DNA from: an uncultured Clostridia bacterium
Lineage (GTDB): Bacteria > Bacillota > Clostridia > Oscillospirales > QAKW01
Reading direction: 5' to 3'
NCBI GenBank assembly: GCA_944385895.1
Contig: CALWYZ010000012.1
Coordinates: 16,347 to 80,346 of the forward strand
Length of the DNA stretch: 64,000 bases
Shown: positions 1 to 10,700 of the stretch, piece after piece
Layout of the letters: every line of letters begins with the position of its first letter
Numbering within the stretch: position 1 is the stretch's first letter
Notes under the pieces: generated by a model
Told to the model about the DNA's origin: nothing
The model's input: the letters and a program-made list of their open reading frames with translations, nothing else
Database searches by the model: none
Position numbers and translations under genes: made by a program

Positions 1-1893
1 ACCAGTCTTAAAAACAAGACTATATTTTCTCTTGATATGGGTTCACTTATCGCCGGCGCTAAATATCGCGGCGAATTTGAAGACAGACTTAAGGCTGTTT
101 TACAGGAAGTCAAAAAGAGCGAAGGAAACATCATACTTTTTATCGATGAACTTCACACGATAGTCGGTGCGGGAAAGACAGAAGGCGCTATGGATGCGGG
201 CAATATTTTAAAACCGATGCTCGCTAGAGGTGAGTTGCACTGCATAGGCGCTACAACTCTTGATGAATATCGTATGTACATCGAAAAAGATCCGGCGCTC
301 GAGCGCAGATTCCAGCCGGTAATGATTAATCAACCTACGGTAGAGGATACTATTGCTATTCTTCGCGGACTTAAAGAACGGTATGAAGTCTTTCACGGCG
401 TCAAAATACAGGACAACGCCCTTATTGCTGCAGCTACCCTTTCAGACAGATATATTACAGACAGGTTTTTGCCTGATAAGGCCATTGACCTTGTTGATGA
501 AGCGTGTGCTCTTATCCGCTGCGAAATCGACTCGATGCCGACTGAGCTGGATATAATCCAACGAAAAATAATGCAGCTGGAAATCGAAGAACAGGCTGTA
601 AAAAAAGACAGCGAGGCAACTGCAAGACTTGAAGAGATCCAAAAAGAGCTTGCAGAACTCAGGGACAAATTTTCCGAAATGAAAGCAAAATGGGACAACG
701 AAAAACGGGAAATCGGAGAATTATCAGGACTGAGAAAGCAGATAAACGATCTGAATGCACAGATAGAGACCGCAGAGCAACAGCATGATCTTGAAAAAGC
801 TGCTAAGCTCAAATACGGCAAGCTCCCTCAGCTTACAGCACGGCTTGAGAAACTTGAAGCCAGCGCGGCAGAGCATAAAAAGGAAACCAGCCTTTTAAGA
901 GACAAGGTCACCGATGAAGAAATTGCAAAAATAGTAGAAAGATGGACTGGTATTCCCGTATCGCGTCTGGTTCAGAGCGAACGTGAAAAACTTCTGTCAC
1001 TTTCTGACATATTGCACAAGCGTGTAATCGGGCAGGACGATGCCGTTTCGCGTGTTTGTGACGCCATAATACGTTCACGTGCCGGTATTCAGGACAAAAA
1101 CAGACCGATAGGCTCATTTATGTTTTTAGGACCTACAGGCGTCGGCAAGACAGAACTCGCAAAAGCACTTGCCGAATCGTTGTTTGATGATGAGAAAAAC
1201 ATAATAAGACTGGATATGTCCGAATATATGGAAAAGTTCTCTGTTTCACGGCTTATCGGAGCGCCTCCCGGTTATGTGGGATACGAAGAAGGCGGACAGC
1301 TGACAGAGGCAGTAAGACGCAAACCGTACTCAGTAGTACTGTTTGACGAGGTGGAAAAAGCACATCCGGATGTTTTCAATATTCTTTTGCAGGTACTGGA
1401 TGACGGAAGAATCACCGATTCTCAGGGACGCGTTGTGGATTTTAAAAATACCATCATAATCCTGACCTCCAATCTGGGTTCTCAAATTCTTCTTGACGGT
1501 ATAGACAAAAACGGACAAATAACCGAATCCGCACAGACTCAGCTCAACGAACTGCTGTCAAAATCTTTCAGACCGGAATTTTTGAACAGACTTGACGAGA
1601 TAGTCTTCTACAAACCGCTTACCAAATCAGATATTGCAAAAATAATTGATCTTATGATAAATTCACTTAACAAACGTCTTGCAGAACACGATATAAAATG
1701 TGTTCTTACCGACAGCGCAAAGCAATATATTATCGACAGCGGATATGATCCGATTTACGGTGCGCGTCCGCTCAGGCGTTTTATCCAAAAACATGTAGAG
1801 ACACTCATCAGCCGTCAGATAATCGCACAGACGATAAAGCCACACTCTTCAGTAACTGTGGACTTCAACGGCAGCGAGCTTGTGATACGCTGA
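1..1893 (+). CDS. clpB: ClpB protein disaggregase (AAA+), 5' end cut by the window edge
   Basis: Frame 1 is open from base 1 ([16 protein letters not shown]...). NBD1 Walker B/sensor is '[14 protein letters not shown]'. A long coiled-coil middle domain ([14 protein letters not shown]...[10 protein letters not shown]) distinguishes ClpB from ClpC. NBD2 has Walker A '[14 protein letters not shown]', '[11 protein letters not shown]' and sensor-2 'GARPLRR'. Confidence 0.93.
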   Translation, partial: TSLKNKTIFSLDMGSLIAGAKYRGEFEDRLKAVLQEVKKSEGNIILFIDELHTIVGAGKTEGAMDAGNILKPMLARGELHCIGATTLDEYRMYIEKDPALERRFQPVMINQPTVEDTIAILRGLKERYEVFHGVKIQDNALIAAATLSDRYITDRFLPDKAIDLVDEACALIRCEIDSMPTELDIIQRKIMQLEIEEQAVKKDSEATARLEEIQKELAELRDKFSEMKAKWDNEKREIGELSGLRKQINDLNAQIETAEQQHDLEKAAKLKYGKLPQLTARLEKLEASAAEHKKETSLLRDKVTDEEIAKIVERWTGIPVSRLVQSEREKLLSLSDILHKRVIGQDDAVSRVCDAIIRSRAGIQDKNRPIGSFMFLGPTGVGKTELAKALAESLFDDEKNIIRLDMSEYMEKFSVSRLIGAPPGYVGYEEGGQLTEAVRRKPYSVVLFDEVEKAHPDVFNILLQVLDDGRITDSQGRVVDFKNTIIILTSNLGSQILLDGIDKNGQITESAQTQLNELLSKSFRPEFLNRLDEIVFYKPLTKSDIAKIIDLMINSLNKRLAEHDIKCVLTDSAKQYIIDSGYDPIYGARPLRRFIQKHVETLISRQIIAQTIKPHSSVTVDFNGSELVIR

Positions 1894-1904
1894 TACAACA
1901 GATT

Positions 1905-1940
1905 AGACCGTACACCAAAAGTGTACGGTCTTATTTTTTA
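1905..1940 (+). terminator. Rho-independent terminator of clpB
   Basis: Hairpin AGACCGTACAC-caaaa-GTGTACGGTCT followed by TATTTTTT, 12 nt after the stop codon. Confidence 0.85.
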
Positions 1941-1998
1941 CCCGCGGTTATAATATTACTTTTGTCCGAATATCATTTTAAAAAAAGGAGGTATCATC

Positions 1999-2292
1999 AT
2001 GCAGCAGCAGGAGAAACAGCAGACGCGTATGCAAAAACCGCACAATGTACTTATGGAAAACAGAAAAAAAATAGCCCTGACAGGAGTTCTTGACATAGAC
2101 AGTTTCAATGAACAGGGCATTATTGTTTTAACTGAGTTGGGTGTGCTTATAGTAAAAGGCGAGGACCTTCATATCAACAAGCTTAACGTAGACAGCGGTG
2201 ATGTAAGTATAGAAGGCAACATAGCATCGCTGACATACACCGACATACACGATAAGAAAACAGGCTCGATAATAAAGAGTCTCTTTAAATAA
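1999..2292 (+). CDS. yabP: Sporulation protein YabP
   Basis: 97 aa. 'ENRKKIALTGVLDIDSFNEQGIIVLTELGVLIVKGEDLHINKLNVDSGDVSIEGNIASLTY' matches the YabP family pattern. RBS AAGGAGG lies upstream. The yabP-yabQ-divIC order is the same as in Bacillus. Confidence 0.85.
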   Translation: MQQQEKQQTRMQKPHNVLMENRKKIALTGVLDIDSFNEQGIIVLTELGVLIVKGEDLHINKLNVDSGDVSIEGNIASLTYTDIHDKKTGSIIKSLFK

Positions 2293-2295
2293 ACC

Positions 2296-2949
2296 GTGGA
2301 GATCAGCTTACAAAACCAGGCGGTTATATTCCTTGCCGCAGTATGCACTGGTGCGCTGCTTAGTCTTATCTTTGATATTTTCCGTATAATTCGTATAGCA
2401 ATACCTCATAAATCCTTCATAACCGCATTTGAGGATATATTATTTTCGCTGTGCGCTCTTTCGGTTATTCTGGCGTTCTTATTTATATTTAACAACGGGA
2501 CTTTCAGGCTGTATATCCTAACCGGCATACTGTCAGGATTTGTACTGTGCCATTTTACCGTAAGTGCCTTTGTCATTTTTCAGGCAAGACTCATAATAAA
2601 AATACTTACTGCAATAATAAAAATCGTTTTAACGCCATTCCGACTGCTTTTCAGGCTCATTTGTAAATTTTTTAATAAATTTCTTGTTTTTTTAAAAAAG
2701 CCCTTTATTTTTTTGAAAAACCGAGTTATTATAATATTGAGTGGTTTTATCAGGGCTGTCAAAAAAGCAGGAGGTTTACTGAATAGTGGCAAGAACAAAA
2801 AAGACAAATTTAATAATAAAATTAGTCTTGGCAGCAGCGGCTGCGTACCTGCTTTATGTATTTGTAGGTCTTCAGGTAAAAATAAACACAAAAAAGCAAC
2901 AAATAAGCGAAAGCGACACTCAAATCGCTCAGGCATCGGAAGAACATGA
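2296..2949 (+). CDS. yabQ: Spore cortex biosynthesis protein YabQ (multi-pass membrane); GTG start; 3' end uncertain
   Basis: It sits directly after yabP. The N-terminus 'QAVIFLAAVCTGALLSLIFDIFRIIR' and 4-5 hydrophobic helices are YabQ-like. The last ~55 codons are Lys/Arg/Ser-rich and overlap divIC in another frame. Confidence 0.65.
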   Translation: MEISLQNQAVIFLAAVCTGALLSLIFDIFRIIRIAIPHKSFITAFEDILFSLCALSVILAFLFIFNNGTFRLYILTGILSGFVLCHFTVSAFVIFQARLIIKILTAIIKIVLTPFRLLFRLICKFFNKFLVFLKKPFIFLKNRVIIILSGFIRAVKKAGGLLNSGKNKKDKFNNKISLGSSGCVPALCICRSSGKNKHKKATNKRKRHSNRSGIGRT

Positions 2950-3064
2950 ACGGCTGTCAGGAATTCTTGACGCAGAAATCGATGAAGAATATGTCGAAAA
3001 AGTCGCCCGAGATATGGGTTATGTCAATCAGGACGAAAAAGTATACGAGAGCATTGAAGATTAA
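2786..3064 (+). CDS. divIC: Septum formation initiator, FtsB/DivIC family
   Basis: 92 aa with an N-terminal TM helix (LIIKLVLAAAAAYLLYVFVGL) followed by a coiled coil. AGGAGG lies 11 nt upstream of the GTG start. The gene occupies the conserved position after yabQ. Confidence 0.75.
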   Translation: MARTKKTNLIIKLVLAAAAAYLLYVFVGLQVKINTKKQQISESDTQIAQASEEHERLSGILDAEIDEEYVEKVARDMGYVNQDEKVYESIED

Positions 3065-3067
3065 ATA

Positions 3068-3098
3068 ATGCCGCAGCATGGCTGCGGCATTTATTTAT
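3068..3098 (+). terminator. Rho-independent terminator after divIC
   Basis: ATGCCGCAGC-atg-GCTGCGGCAT followed by TTATTTAT. Confidence 0.85.
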
Positions 3099-3232
3099 GT
3101 GCGAACTGTTAACCGTTTATTTAATTTTTATAAAAAATGGTAATTATAACTTTATTTTTTTATATTAATGTGCTATAATAAATATAACGATAAAATATTA
3201 ATTATCGATTTTAAAAAACGGAGGCAAAAACG

Positions 3233-3754
3233 ATGAAAAGTGTATTTAATCTGAGAAAAGTTGAAATAACAGAGCGTGAAAAAAACATTATCGATAAAAA
3301 ACTTACACGCCTGGATAAATTTTTCAGCGACGACGCGATTGCCACAATAACAATATCAAAAACAAGAGAAAACATGAATGTTGAAGTAACCGTATCGGAA
3401 AAAGGTATGTACTTTCGCGCAGAGCGTACAGATAAAAGTATTACAGCATGTGTTGATGAAATCATAGATCTTCTTATCAGGCAGATACGCAAAAACAAAA
3501 CAAGGCTCGAAAAACGTCTGTATCAGGGCGTTTCAATGAACTTTGATAACGAATATATAGATGAGGACACTTATGAGATTATCAAGCACAAAAAGGTTTA
3601 TTTAAAACCAATGGACGCTGAGGAAGCTATACTTGAAATGAATATGCTCGGACATACATTTTTTATGTTTCTTAATGAAGAAACCGGTAATATCTGTGTC
3701 GCATACAGAAGATATGACGGAGATTATGGTATACTGGAATCAGAGGTACTTTAA
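3233..3754 (+). CDS. hpf: Ribosome hibernation promoting factor, long form
   Basis: 173 aa. The N-terminal sigma-54-modulation/RaiA fold reads 'MNVEVTVSEKGMYFRAERTDKSITACVDEIIDLLIRQIRKNKTRL'. The C-terminal dimerisation domain reads 'KKVYLKPMDAEEAILEMNMLGHTFFMFLNEETGNICVAYRRYDGDYGILE'. Confidence 0.9.
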   Translation: MKSVFNLRKVEITEREKNIIDKKLTRLDKFFSDDAIATITISKTRENMNVEVTVSEKGMYFRAERTDKSITACVDEIIDLLIRQIRKNKTRLEKRLYQGVSMNFDNEYIDEDTYEIIKHKKVYLKPMDAEEAILEMNMLGHTFFMFLNEETGNICVAYRRYDGDYGILESEVL

Positions 3755-3763
3755 AATTATTAT

Positions 3764-3802
3764 AAACAGCCCTGACATTTGTCAGGGCTGTTTTATTTTT
3801 TT
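3764..3802. terminator. Bidirectional terminator shared by hpf (+) and the gerA operon (-)
   Basis: AAACAGCCCTGAC-attt-GTCAGGGCTGTTT flanked by an A-run on one side and a T-run on the other. Confidence 0.85.
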
Positions 3803-4728
3803 GCAGACAATAAAGATGCTACCGGCAATAAAACACCTGAAATAACAGAGACAGCAGCGGCTGCTAAAATGAGGCCTGAAAACAACCACAGCATTCCTGC
3901 CGCTGCAAACATTGACAGCATTATAAACACAGTATATTTTTTACCCCATATATCGACTGCTGCTTTTATACCGATTGCCGCTTTTATTGCATTCAATATA
4001 AAAAACGCACATACTCCCATCACCTCAAAACTGTTGAGAAATGAGGATATAAATGTAGAACGCCACAGAGTCAGCCATGGCATATCAGACATTGAAAAAA
4101 CATTTTCAGTGAGTACCGATATTGCCAAAAATGTCATTGCAACGCCGTACAAATGAGTAATTCCACCGATTTTAAACAGCATTGACGGTTTTCCCTTATG
4201 CAGCGGCAGTACCAGTATCACATCGCACACAGAAAACGCAGTCAGAAGCAGCAGTGTCTCAGGCTGAGGTGATGTTATTTTCGGCAGTGAAAAGTCTGTG
4301 CGAAGCATACATAAAAACATAAGCACCAACAAAACTAATGCCGCCGTCAATCCAATTATAAACGACACATACACCGTACAATCCCTTTTTGTCATTCCGA
4401 AGCAGACCGCAAACAGACCGGTAAGCAATAGAATAAGCAGATAAAATTTTTTATTCATAACCGAACTTTCTATAATCAAAGACGTGCTCAGCGTTATTGA
4501 CACAGCGGACGAAACCACAGCATAAATCCCCGTCAGCGCGCCTATCGGCTTATTTATGCGGTAGTCAATATTTACCTTTGACAAAATATACCCGCAAAAT
4601 ATAAAAAACAAGACCGCCATACCAAGTGATATAAGGCTCGTAAGTAAATTTACACTGTGCAGAATATATATCGACATTCCTCCCGCACATACGCAAAACG
4701 CGGGACCGGATTCAGTTATTTTATGCAT
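3793..4728 (-). CDS. Spore germination receptor B subunit-like permease (GerAB/GerKB family)
   Basis: 311 aa, with about 9-10 hydrophobic helices. It is the last gene of an operon with GerAA-like and Ger(x)C-like genes. It is shorter than B. subtilis GerAB (~365 aa). Confidence 0.6.
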   Translation of the reverse strand: MHKITESGPAFCVCAGGMSIYILHSVNLLTSLISLGMAVLFFIFCGYILSKVNIDYRINKPIGALTGIYAVVSSAVSITLSTSLIIESSVMNKKFYLLILLLTGLFAVCFGMTKRDCTVYVSFIIGLTAALVLLVLMFLCMLRTDFSLPKITSPQPETLLLLTAFSVCDVILVLPLHKGKPSMLFKIGGITHLYGVAMTFLAISVLTENVFSMSDMPWLTLWRSTFISSFLNSFEVMGVCAFFILNAIKAAIGIKAAVDIWGKKYTVFIMLSMFAAAGMLWLFSGLILAAAAVSVISGVLLPVASLLSAKK

Positions 4729-4730
4729 TT

Positions 4731-5309
4731 TCAGCCCTCCATAAACGGTGTTTCATCGGGAGACACCGTTATAGCCGTGCTTCCTTTAAGGTACTCAGTT
4801 ACCCGGGGTGACGGCAGATGATTATCGGAACAATATCTGCTGAGTTTCTTTGCCATAGTAAGACTTCTAGCGCGTGAATTCTCATCGTCTCTGTTTTTAC
4901 TCAGCGTATCCTCAGCCATTCCTACTGCATATACGGTTACGGCTCTGAGATTTATATTATCCTGCATGAAATAATCGCGCAGCTGTTGTTTCCCTTTTGC
5001 ATTTTCTCCGATAATATAAAGTTGATTGCAGTCTGTATATAAAATATTTGAGCTTCTTTTCTGAGCGTCCTCAAATGCGTTATCGATTGTATCGCCTTTA
5101 CCGTTGACATAAATACTACCGCTGCCAAAGTCATTATCAGCAGATGGCACGCATATTTCACAGCATACAAGCCAGTTCTCATTATCAAAATCGATTGCTA
5201 TGCCGCTCACTATGTCATAGTCTGAAACCTCTTTATAGCTGCCCAGACTTGCAAATATTATAGCAAGAATGACCGCAGCAGCAGCCGCTATTCTGTTTAC
5301 TGCTTTCAT
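4731..5309 (-). CDS. Ger(x)C-like germination protein, N-terminal domain only, no lipobox Cys
   Basis: 192 aa with a signal-anchor-like N-terminus. 'YDIVSGIAIDFDNENW' resembles the Ger(x)C N-domain motif. Its start overlaps the stop of the GerAA-like gene by 4 nt. Confidence 0.55.
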   Translation of the reverse strand: MKAVNRIAAAAAVILAIIFASLGSYKEVSDYDIVSGIAIDFDNENWLVCCEICVPSADNDFGSGSIYVNGKGDTIDNAFEDAQKRSSNILYTDCNQLYIIGENAKGKQQLRDYFMQDNINLRAVTVYAVGMAEDTLSKNRDDENSRARSLTMAKKLSRYCSDNHLPSPRVTEYLKGSTAITVSPDETPFMEG

Positions 5310-6754
5310 ACCCTGCCCTGCCTCCTTAAATTCTCACTGAATTTAGACTGACGGTAATTCATTTTATAAATGGGAGCGCGCAAAAACGTATCGTTTTTAC
5401 CATCAACAGAAAGAGGTGAGCTTACATACATTATCGGGACTCCCAGAGATGTCATGCTGTAAAGAAGGGCCAGAAACAGCGTAAACCCCATTAAAACTCC
5501 CGGAAGCCCTGCGCATGCTCCAAGGACTATAAGCGCCGCTCTTACATAAAACACAGTTCCTTTAAGATCATAAACCATAAGCCCCATAACTCCCGAAAAA
5601 GCAACAACTATAACCATAGGCGCGGATACCAGCTTTGCTTCCACCGCGGACTGACCCAGTATTATCGCTCCAACAACATTAAGCGCCAAGCCAATACTGG
5701 ACGGCATCCTGGCTCCTGTCTCACGCAATACTTCAAACACCGCAAAAAGTAATACTATTTCCATTACAGATGTAAGCGGCACGCCGTTTTGGGAAACACT
5801 TATACTGTAAAGCCACTCTGGAGGCAACAGCGACTGATGATGCATTATAGCGGCTATATATACCGCAGGCAGCAAAAAAGAAATATAAAACCCCAGAAGG
5901 CGCAGTACTCTTCCGATATTGGCGTAATAGCAGTTGATATAATAATCGTCGGGCGTCTGAAAATTTTCAATAAAAAGATGCGGTAGAGTTATGGCTGTAG
6001 GCGAGCCGTTCAAAATGATGCCTATTCTACCCTCCATAAGTTTTGCTGCAAAAACATCCGGCCGGCTTGTCTTGCCGTACGTTTTTACAAATGAACTTTT
6101 GTTGTCGCGTATAATTTCGGCGATATAATTTGTGTCGCCTATATAGTCCGTGTCTATTTTGGCAAGTCTTTGCTTAAGCTCTTCCACAAGCTCCTTACGC
6201 ACTATACCGTCAATATAGCAAACACAGAATTTTGAATTGCTCTGAGTTCCCGCCTGCATAAATTCATTTTTAAGGTTATTGCTCATAATTTTGCGCTTTA
6301 CAAGCGACAGGTTTGTCATTATGTTTTCATTGAAGCCCTCAGAAGGTCCGGTTATTGTCATTTCACTTTCCGGTGCATCAACACCTCGTTGTGCCATACC
6401 TTTGGTATCTATTGTTATAACCTGTGCGTTATCCGCAACGATAACAGCACAGTCACCGGACGCCACACTGATTATCGCAGCGTCAGCATCGGTCTGAATC
6501 TGAGTGCTGTGGGCGAATATGCCCTCTTTTTCAATACTCTCTATATTGTCTTGGGTAAAGTGCATTTTAGACAGAGGAGAAATAATATCGCGATCAACTA
6601 CATCATTACTCACCATACAGTTTACAACAGCAATTGCTATCTTAAGATGCGGATTATACTCGTTTTTTATATGTTTTATTACAAATGTATCGTCTCTGTC
6701 AAACGCGTCCTTGAACAGTTTTATATTATTGTCAAAACTATCAAAAAAGTTCAA
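5306..6754 (-). CDS. Spore germination receptor A subunit (GerAA/GerKA family)
   Basis: 482 aa. It has a soluble N-terminal half followed by a C-terminal block of ~5 TM helices (FYISFLLPAVYIAAIMHH..., LALNVVGAIILGQSAV...). The size and layout are typical of the GerA family. Confidence 0.85.
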   Translation of the reverse strand: MNFFDSFDNNIKLFKDAFDRDDTFVIKHIKNEYNPHLKIAIAVVNCMVSNDVVDRDIISPLSKMHFTQDNIESIEKEGIFAHSTQIQTDADAAIISVASGDCAVIVADNAQVITIDTKGMAQRGVDAPESEMTITGPSEGFNENIMTNLSLVKRKIMSNNLKNEFMQAGTQSNSKFCVCYIDGIVRKELVEELKQRLAKIDTDYIGDTNYIAEIIRDNKSSFVKTYGKTSRPDVFAAKLMEGRIGIILNGSPTAITLPHLFIENFQTPDDYYINCYYANIGRVLRLLGFYISFLLPAVYIAAIMHHQSLLPPEWLYSISVSQNGVPLTSVMEIVLLFAVFEVLRETGARMPSSIGLALNVVGAIILGQSAVEAKLVSAPMVIVVAFSGVMGLMVYDLKGTVFYVRAALIVLGACAGLPGVLMGFTLFLALLYSMTSLGVPIMYVSSPLSVDGKNDTFLRAPIYKMNYRQSKFSENLRRQGRV

Positions 6755-6884
6755 TTAAATGCCTCCGTACATCTTTTTTATTAGTATTGCCTTTATATTT
6801 TAAAAAACACATATAGTATAGACTTTTTAATGCATATATGTTACAATACAAATCAAGTAAAATTAATTTACAAGAGGTGTTGAT

Positions 6885-7604
6885 ATGATTAAAGTAACTG
6901 TATGGAATGAATTTGAACATGAAAAAACAAATCCGCAAGTCGGCTCAATATATCCTAACGGCATACATACAGCCATTAAAGATTTTTTGGATATATATGA
7001 TGATATTGAGGTTAAAACATCTACACTGGATCTTGATGACTGTGGAATAAGTCAACAGCTTCTGGATGATACGGATGTTCTTATATGGTGGGGACACTGC
7101 GCCCATAACAAGGTTTCCGATCATGCCGCAGAACTTGTACAAAATGCTGTGCTTTCCGGCATGGGTTTTATAGCTCTTCACTCCGCTCACCATTCAAAAC
7201 CGTTTAAGCGTCTGATGGGTACCACCTGCAATCTGAGCTGGCGCGAAGATGGTGATAAGGAACGTATCTGGGTAATAAAACCCGGACACCCAATAGCATG
7301 CGGAATAGACAGATATTTTGAGCTTGAACATGAAGAGACATATTCTGAGCCGTTTGACATTCCTGAGCCGGATGAACTTGTATTTGGCGGTTGGTATGAA
7401 GGCGGAGAAATCTTCAGATCCGGTTGCTGTTTTTACAGAGGCAACGGCAAAATATTCTATTTTCAGCCCGGTCATGAAACCTTTCCGATATTTAAAGATA
7501 AAAATGTGCAGATGATAATTAAAAATGCTGTGTACTGGGCGGCGCCTACATGCAGAGTTAAGCTTGAATGTCCGCATGTAAAAAAAATCGATACCGATAA
7601 ATAA
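6885..7604 (+). CDS. ThuA-domain (trehalose utilisation-like) protein
   Basis: 239 aa. 'MIKVTVWNEFEHEK...NGIHTAIKDFL...DVLIWWGHCAHNKVSD...ALHSAHHSKPF' fits the ThuA family pattern. Confidence 0.8.
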   Translation: MIKVTVWNEFEHEKTNPQVGSIYPNGIHTAIKDFLDIYDDIEVKTSTLDLDDCGISQQLLDDTDVLIWWGHCAHNKVSDHAAELVQNAVLSGMGFIALHSAHHSKPFKRLMGTTCNLSWREDGDKERIWVIKPGHPIACGIDRYFELEHEETYSEPFDIPEPDELVFGGWYEGGEIFRSGCCFYRGNGKIFYFQPGHETFPIFKDKNVQMIIKNAVYWAAPTCRVKLECPHVKKIDTDK

Positions 7605-7641
7605 GATTCCTAAAATAAAAAAGAGTGATATTATTAATAAA

Positions 7642-7685
7642 AAATCAGTCTCCGATTTTAATAATCGGAGACTGATTTTGATTTA
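7642..7685 (+). terminator. Rho-independent terminator after the ThuA-like gene
   Basis: 16-bp stem AAATCAGTCTCCGATT-ttaat-AATCGGAGACTGATTT followed by a T-rich tail. Confidence 0.85.
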
Positions 7686-7787
7686 TGCAAGTTTTTTCTG
7701 AACTCTTTAAAAATATATCATGCCAAATTTACTCAGCGTCAATATAGATAAAGAACAATAATGACAGCATAATTTCCTAGGGGGATT

Positions 7788-10700
7788 TTATTTCATCAAA
7801 GTTATAACAGGACTTTTTAAAATACCGAACTTTTTCAGATTGTATTCGTAGCTCCAGTCGTCACTGCCTGTACGCCATACATTTGGTCCGAACCAGCGCT
7901 GTGACGTATTTACACTGTGAAGAGCGCCGAAGCTGTTATGGCGGTTTCCGAATATTGTAAGTTCAAGTTTATGCTTACCCTTTGTCACATTTTCAATAAT
8001 ACAGTCATACGGAGGAAGAACTATGCTTCCCACACGCTCACCGTCAATGCTTACTCCTATCAGAGACCCCCGGTAATCTGATGCGTGTACCTTTACCGCA
8101 CCGTCACAAGGCATTTCGATTTCGGTGATATATGTCACATTGGCGCCATAAAAAGGCAAGCCTTGTGAAGTTATATCCCCAAAGCCTATTTTTGGGGATA
8201 AAGCCGCAATAATACTCTCACATCCGCAAACATGAACTCCGAAATCGCCCAGGATATAACACCATTCGACATTTGTCCGCTTACCGAACGGCAAATCAAG
8301 GACCAATATATTTTTTCCGGGCTTTATTTCAGGAAGTTTTACAGTTTTAATAGACCGGTCGGTAAAATATCCTATCACATTGTTTGGCACGGTCTGACCG
8401 TTAAGATGTATAGTTACTTTTTCGGCATCTTCCAACGCAAGCAGTGCATTTTTTACTGAAATTTCGCTTTCAAACTGATAACGCAGATGCAAAATATGCG
8501 TCTCCGGCTCCTTTTTCATCGTATATGGCTGAGCCAGAGCACCGGTACGACCGGGGTAATCCAGAAGCTTTCTGAATTTGTTGTCAATTCTCAGCACATC
8601 CTCTTTAGGCTGATAATCACCATTGTCAAATGCGTATTCTGCAATATCAAGCAACAAAACATTTTTTTCGCTTAACTTATAATCCACAGCAGACTTTATA
8701 TCATACTTGTCAAGTTCAACAAATTCTTTTTTATGAGGTATGACAGTATCGCAATACGACACAAGTTTTATAAGCAGACTGTCAAGACAATTCAGTTCTC
8801 TTGAAATAACAGTATTACCGTTTTCATATGTACTTTTAATCGGACGTATATCGCCTGTCATTGTATCATACTCAATCGGTGTAAACTTGCCTTTAACAGA
8901 TATTATAACGCTATCTGCAGAAACGACATCATATTGCGTGCCCACGGCATGTCTGCCGCTTTCAGGTTTTTTGCAGTGCGCAACAAACAGCCATCTGCAA
9001 TCTGTATCCTGGCGGTAATTATAAATAAGATTACTTGCTTCATTTCCATTTTTAAAGCTTAAACCGACAGTTCTGAACTTAGCAAGCGCATCGCAAATAG
9101 ATGCCCTGTCAAAGCTTACATTAGTACTATTATCAAACAACGTTTTGCAGCCGCTGCTTTTTACACCGTCAATATATTCCGGACAGCTGCCTGCAAATAT
9201 AACCTTTCCGCCTGCCGCGGCAAAGGCTTCCAAATATTTCACAGTGGATTTTCTGAGTGTCAGACAGCCCGGTATAACTATAGCGTCATAACTCATTTTT
9301 CCTACTGATTTTGGATTTGCAGAATCTGACATTACCGGCAGCTGTGATTCGCATATATAATCAAAATCCAAGTGTGATTCAAGAAGCCATGATGTGATAT
9401 TTTCAAAACCGGATTCAAGAGCGTTAACCTGAACGGACATCTGTGAGTTAGGACCGGCACAAATCCAGTAGCTTTCAACCGGATGAATAACACCGATCTT
9501 AACGATAGGAACACCACGTGTAAGTGCTGTATTGATACGTGCAAAGTGGTTTTCTATAATGGGATATTCCTTATACCAAGGCGACTGATATCCGATGGCT
9601 GCCGGATAATCACGTTTTGCCTCTCCCGCCATTGAAAGCCATGCCAGATGCGGCACTCGCACAGTAACCCCCAGCGCCGCCTGCCAGTCACCCTGAAATT
9701 TATGACCCCTGAAGTCAAAATCCCAATTAGTAACTCCGTAAAGCTCAGATAGCATACCCTCTTTTCCGTATTGATGTACAGCTGACTGGGTCTGCTTTGC
9801 AGTCGTAAGCTCAATTTCATCACATAGCATATCAATTCCCGGTATGCCGAACTTTCCGTAACTGCGCATGGTTTCTCCGCATGTTATAGACTGGCTCTCA
9901 AGACCGGGCTCTCGCAGAAGATGGCCGGTAAACGATATTTTATGGCTGTCGCACCACTGCCCGATCTGGCCGCAGAAATTAACAGAAAACTGCTCTGCAG
10001 CAAAATCAAAGTAGTTATATTTTATAATAGAATCGCTTCTGTCACGCGTTATCCAGAAAAGCTTGGCAAGCTCATCCAATATATCATAACCGTAAGCCTT
10101 TTTGAAGTTTTCCTCAAAAAATCTTGTCCATCCGGTTATTATTCTGCCCTTATAATCGGGTGTCGGAATTGTGCAGCTGTCCTCATGATTCAAATTAGGC
10201 TCATCGGTAAATATCGCAGGTACACTTTTGTCAAATCGGTCACCTATCACATCGTTATAGCGGCTGTGCGTAACATTTATAAACTCCTGTATCGCCTCAG
10301 CATCCATTGCATCAACATATGTCTGTCCGTTGAACCATGTAGACTCTTTTTCGTTTACTGCATACGCATACCATTTTGTGCCTACGGCTTTATCATTTAT
10401 TCCTATTCTATTTCCGCTTAACAGATAACCGTCATTATCAAGAACTATATCATAACATGCAAGCAGATACGGCTCTCCTGTTTCAATCGCCTGAGCTTTA
10501 GGTGTATTCCAGCCCTTATCCTCAGTAAACAACGCAAGACGCTTGCGACGAAACTTTTTATTTACAGTGACTTTTCCGCCGGCAGGTCCTGATGACCAGC
10601 GGTCCTCATCATACAGCCATGCAAGCATTTCTTCCTGTTCTGCTTTGTCACAGCATGCTTTGATCATTTCCATAAACTCATCACCCAGATACTCGGTATC

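Noticed and set aside
3779-4156. 125-aa plus-strand ORF after hpf
   Set aside because: It starts inside the bidirectional terminator and is antisense to the gerAB-like permease, so I treat it as a shadow ORF.
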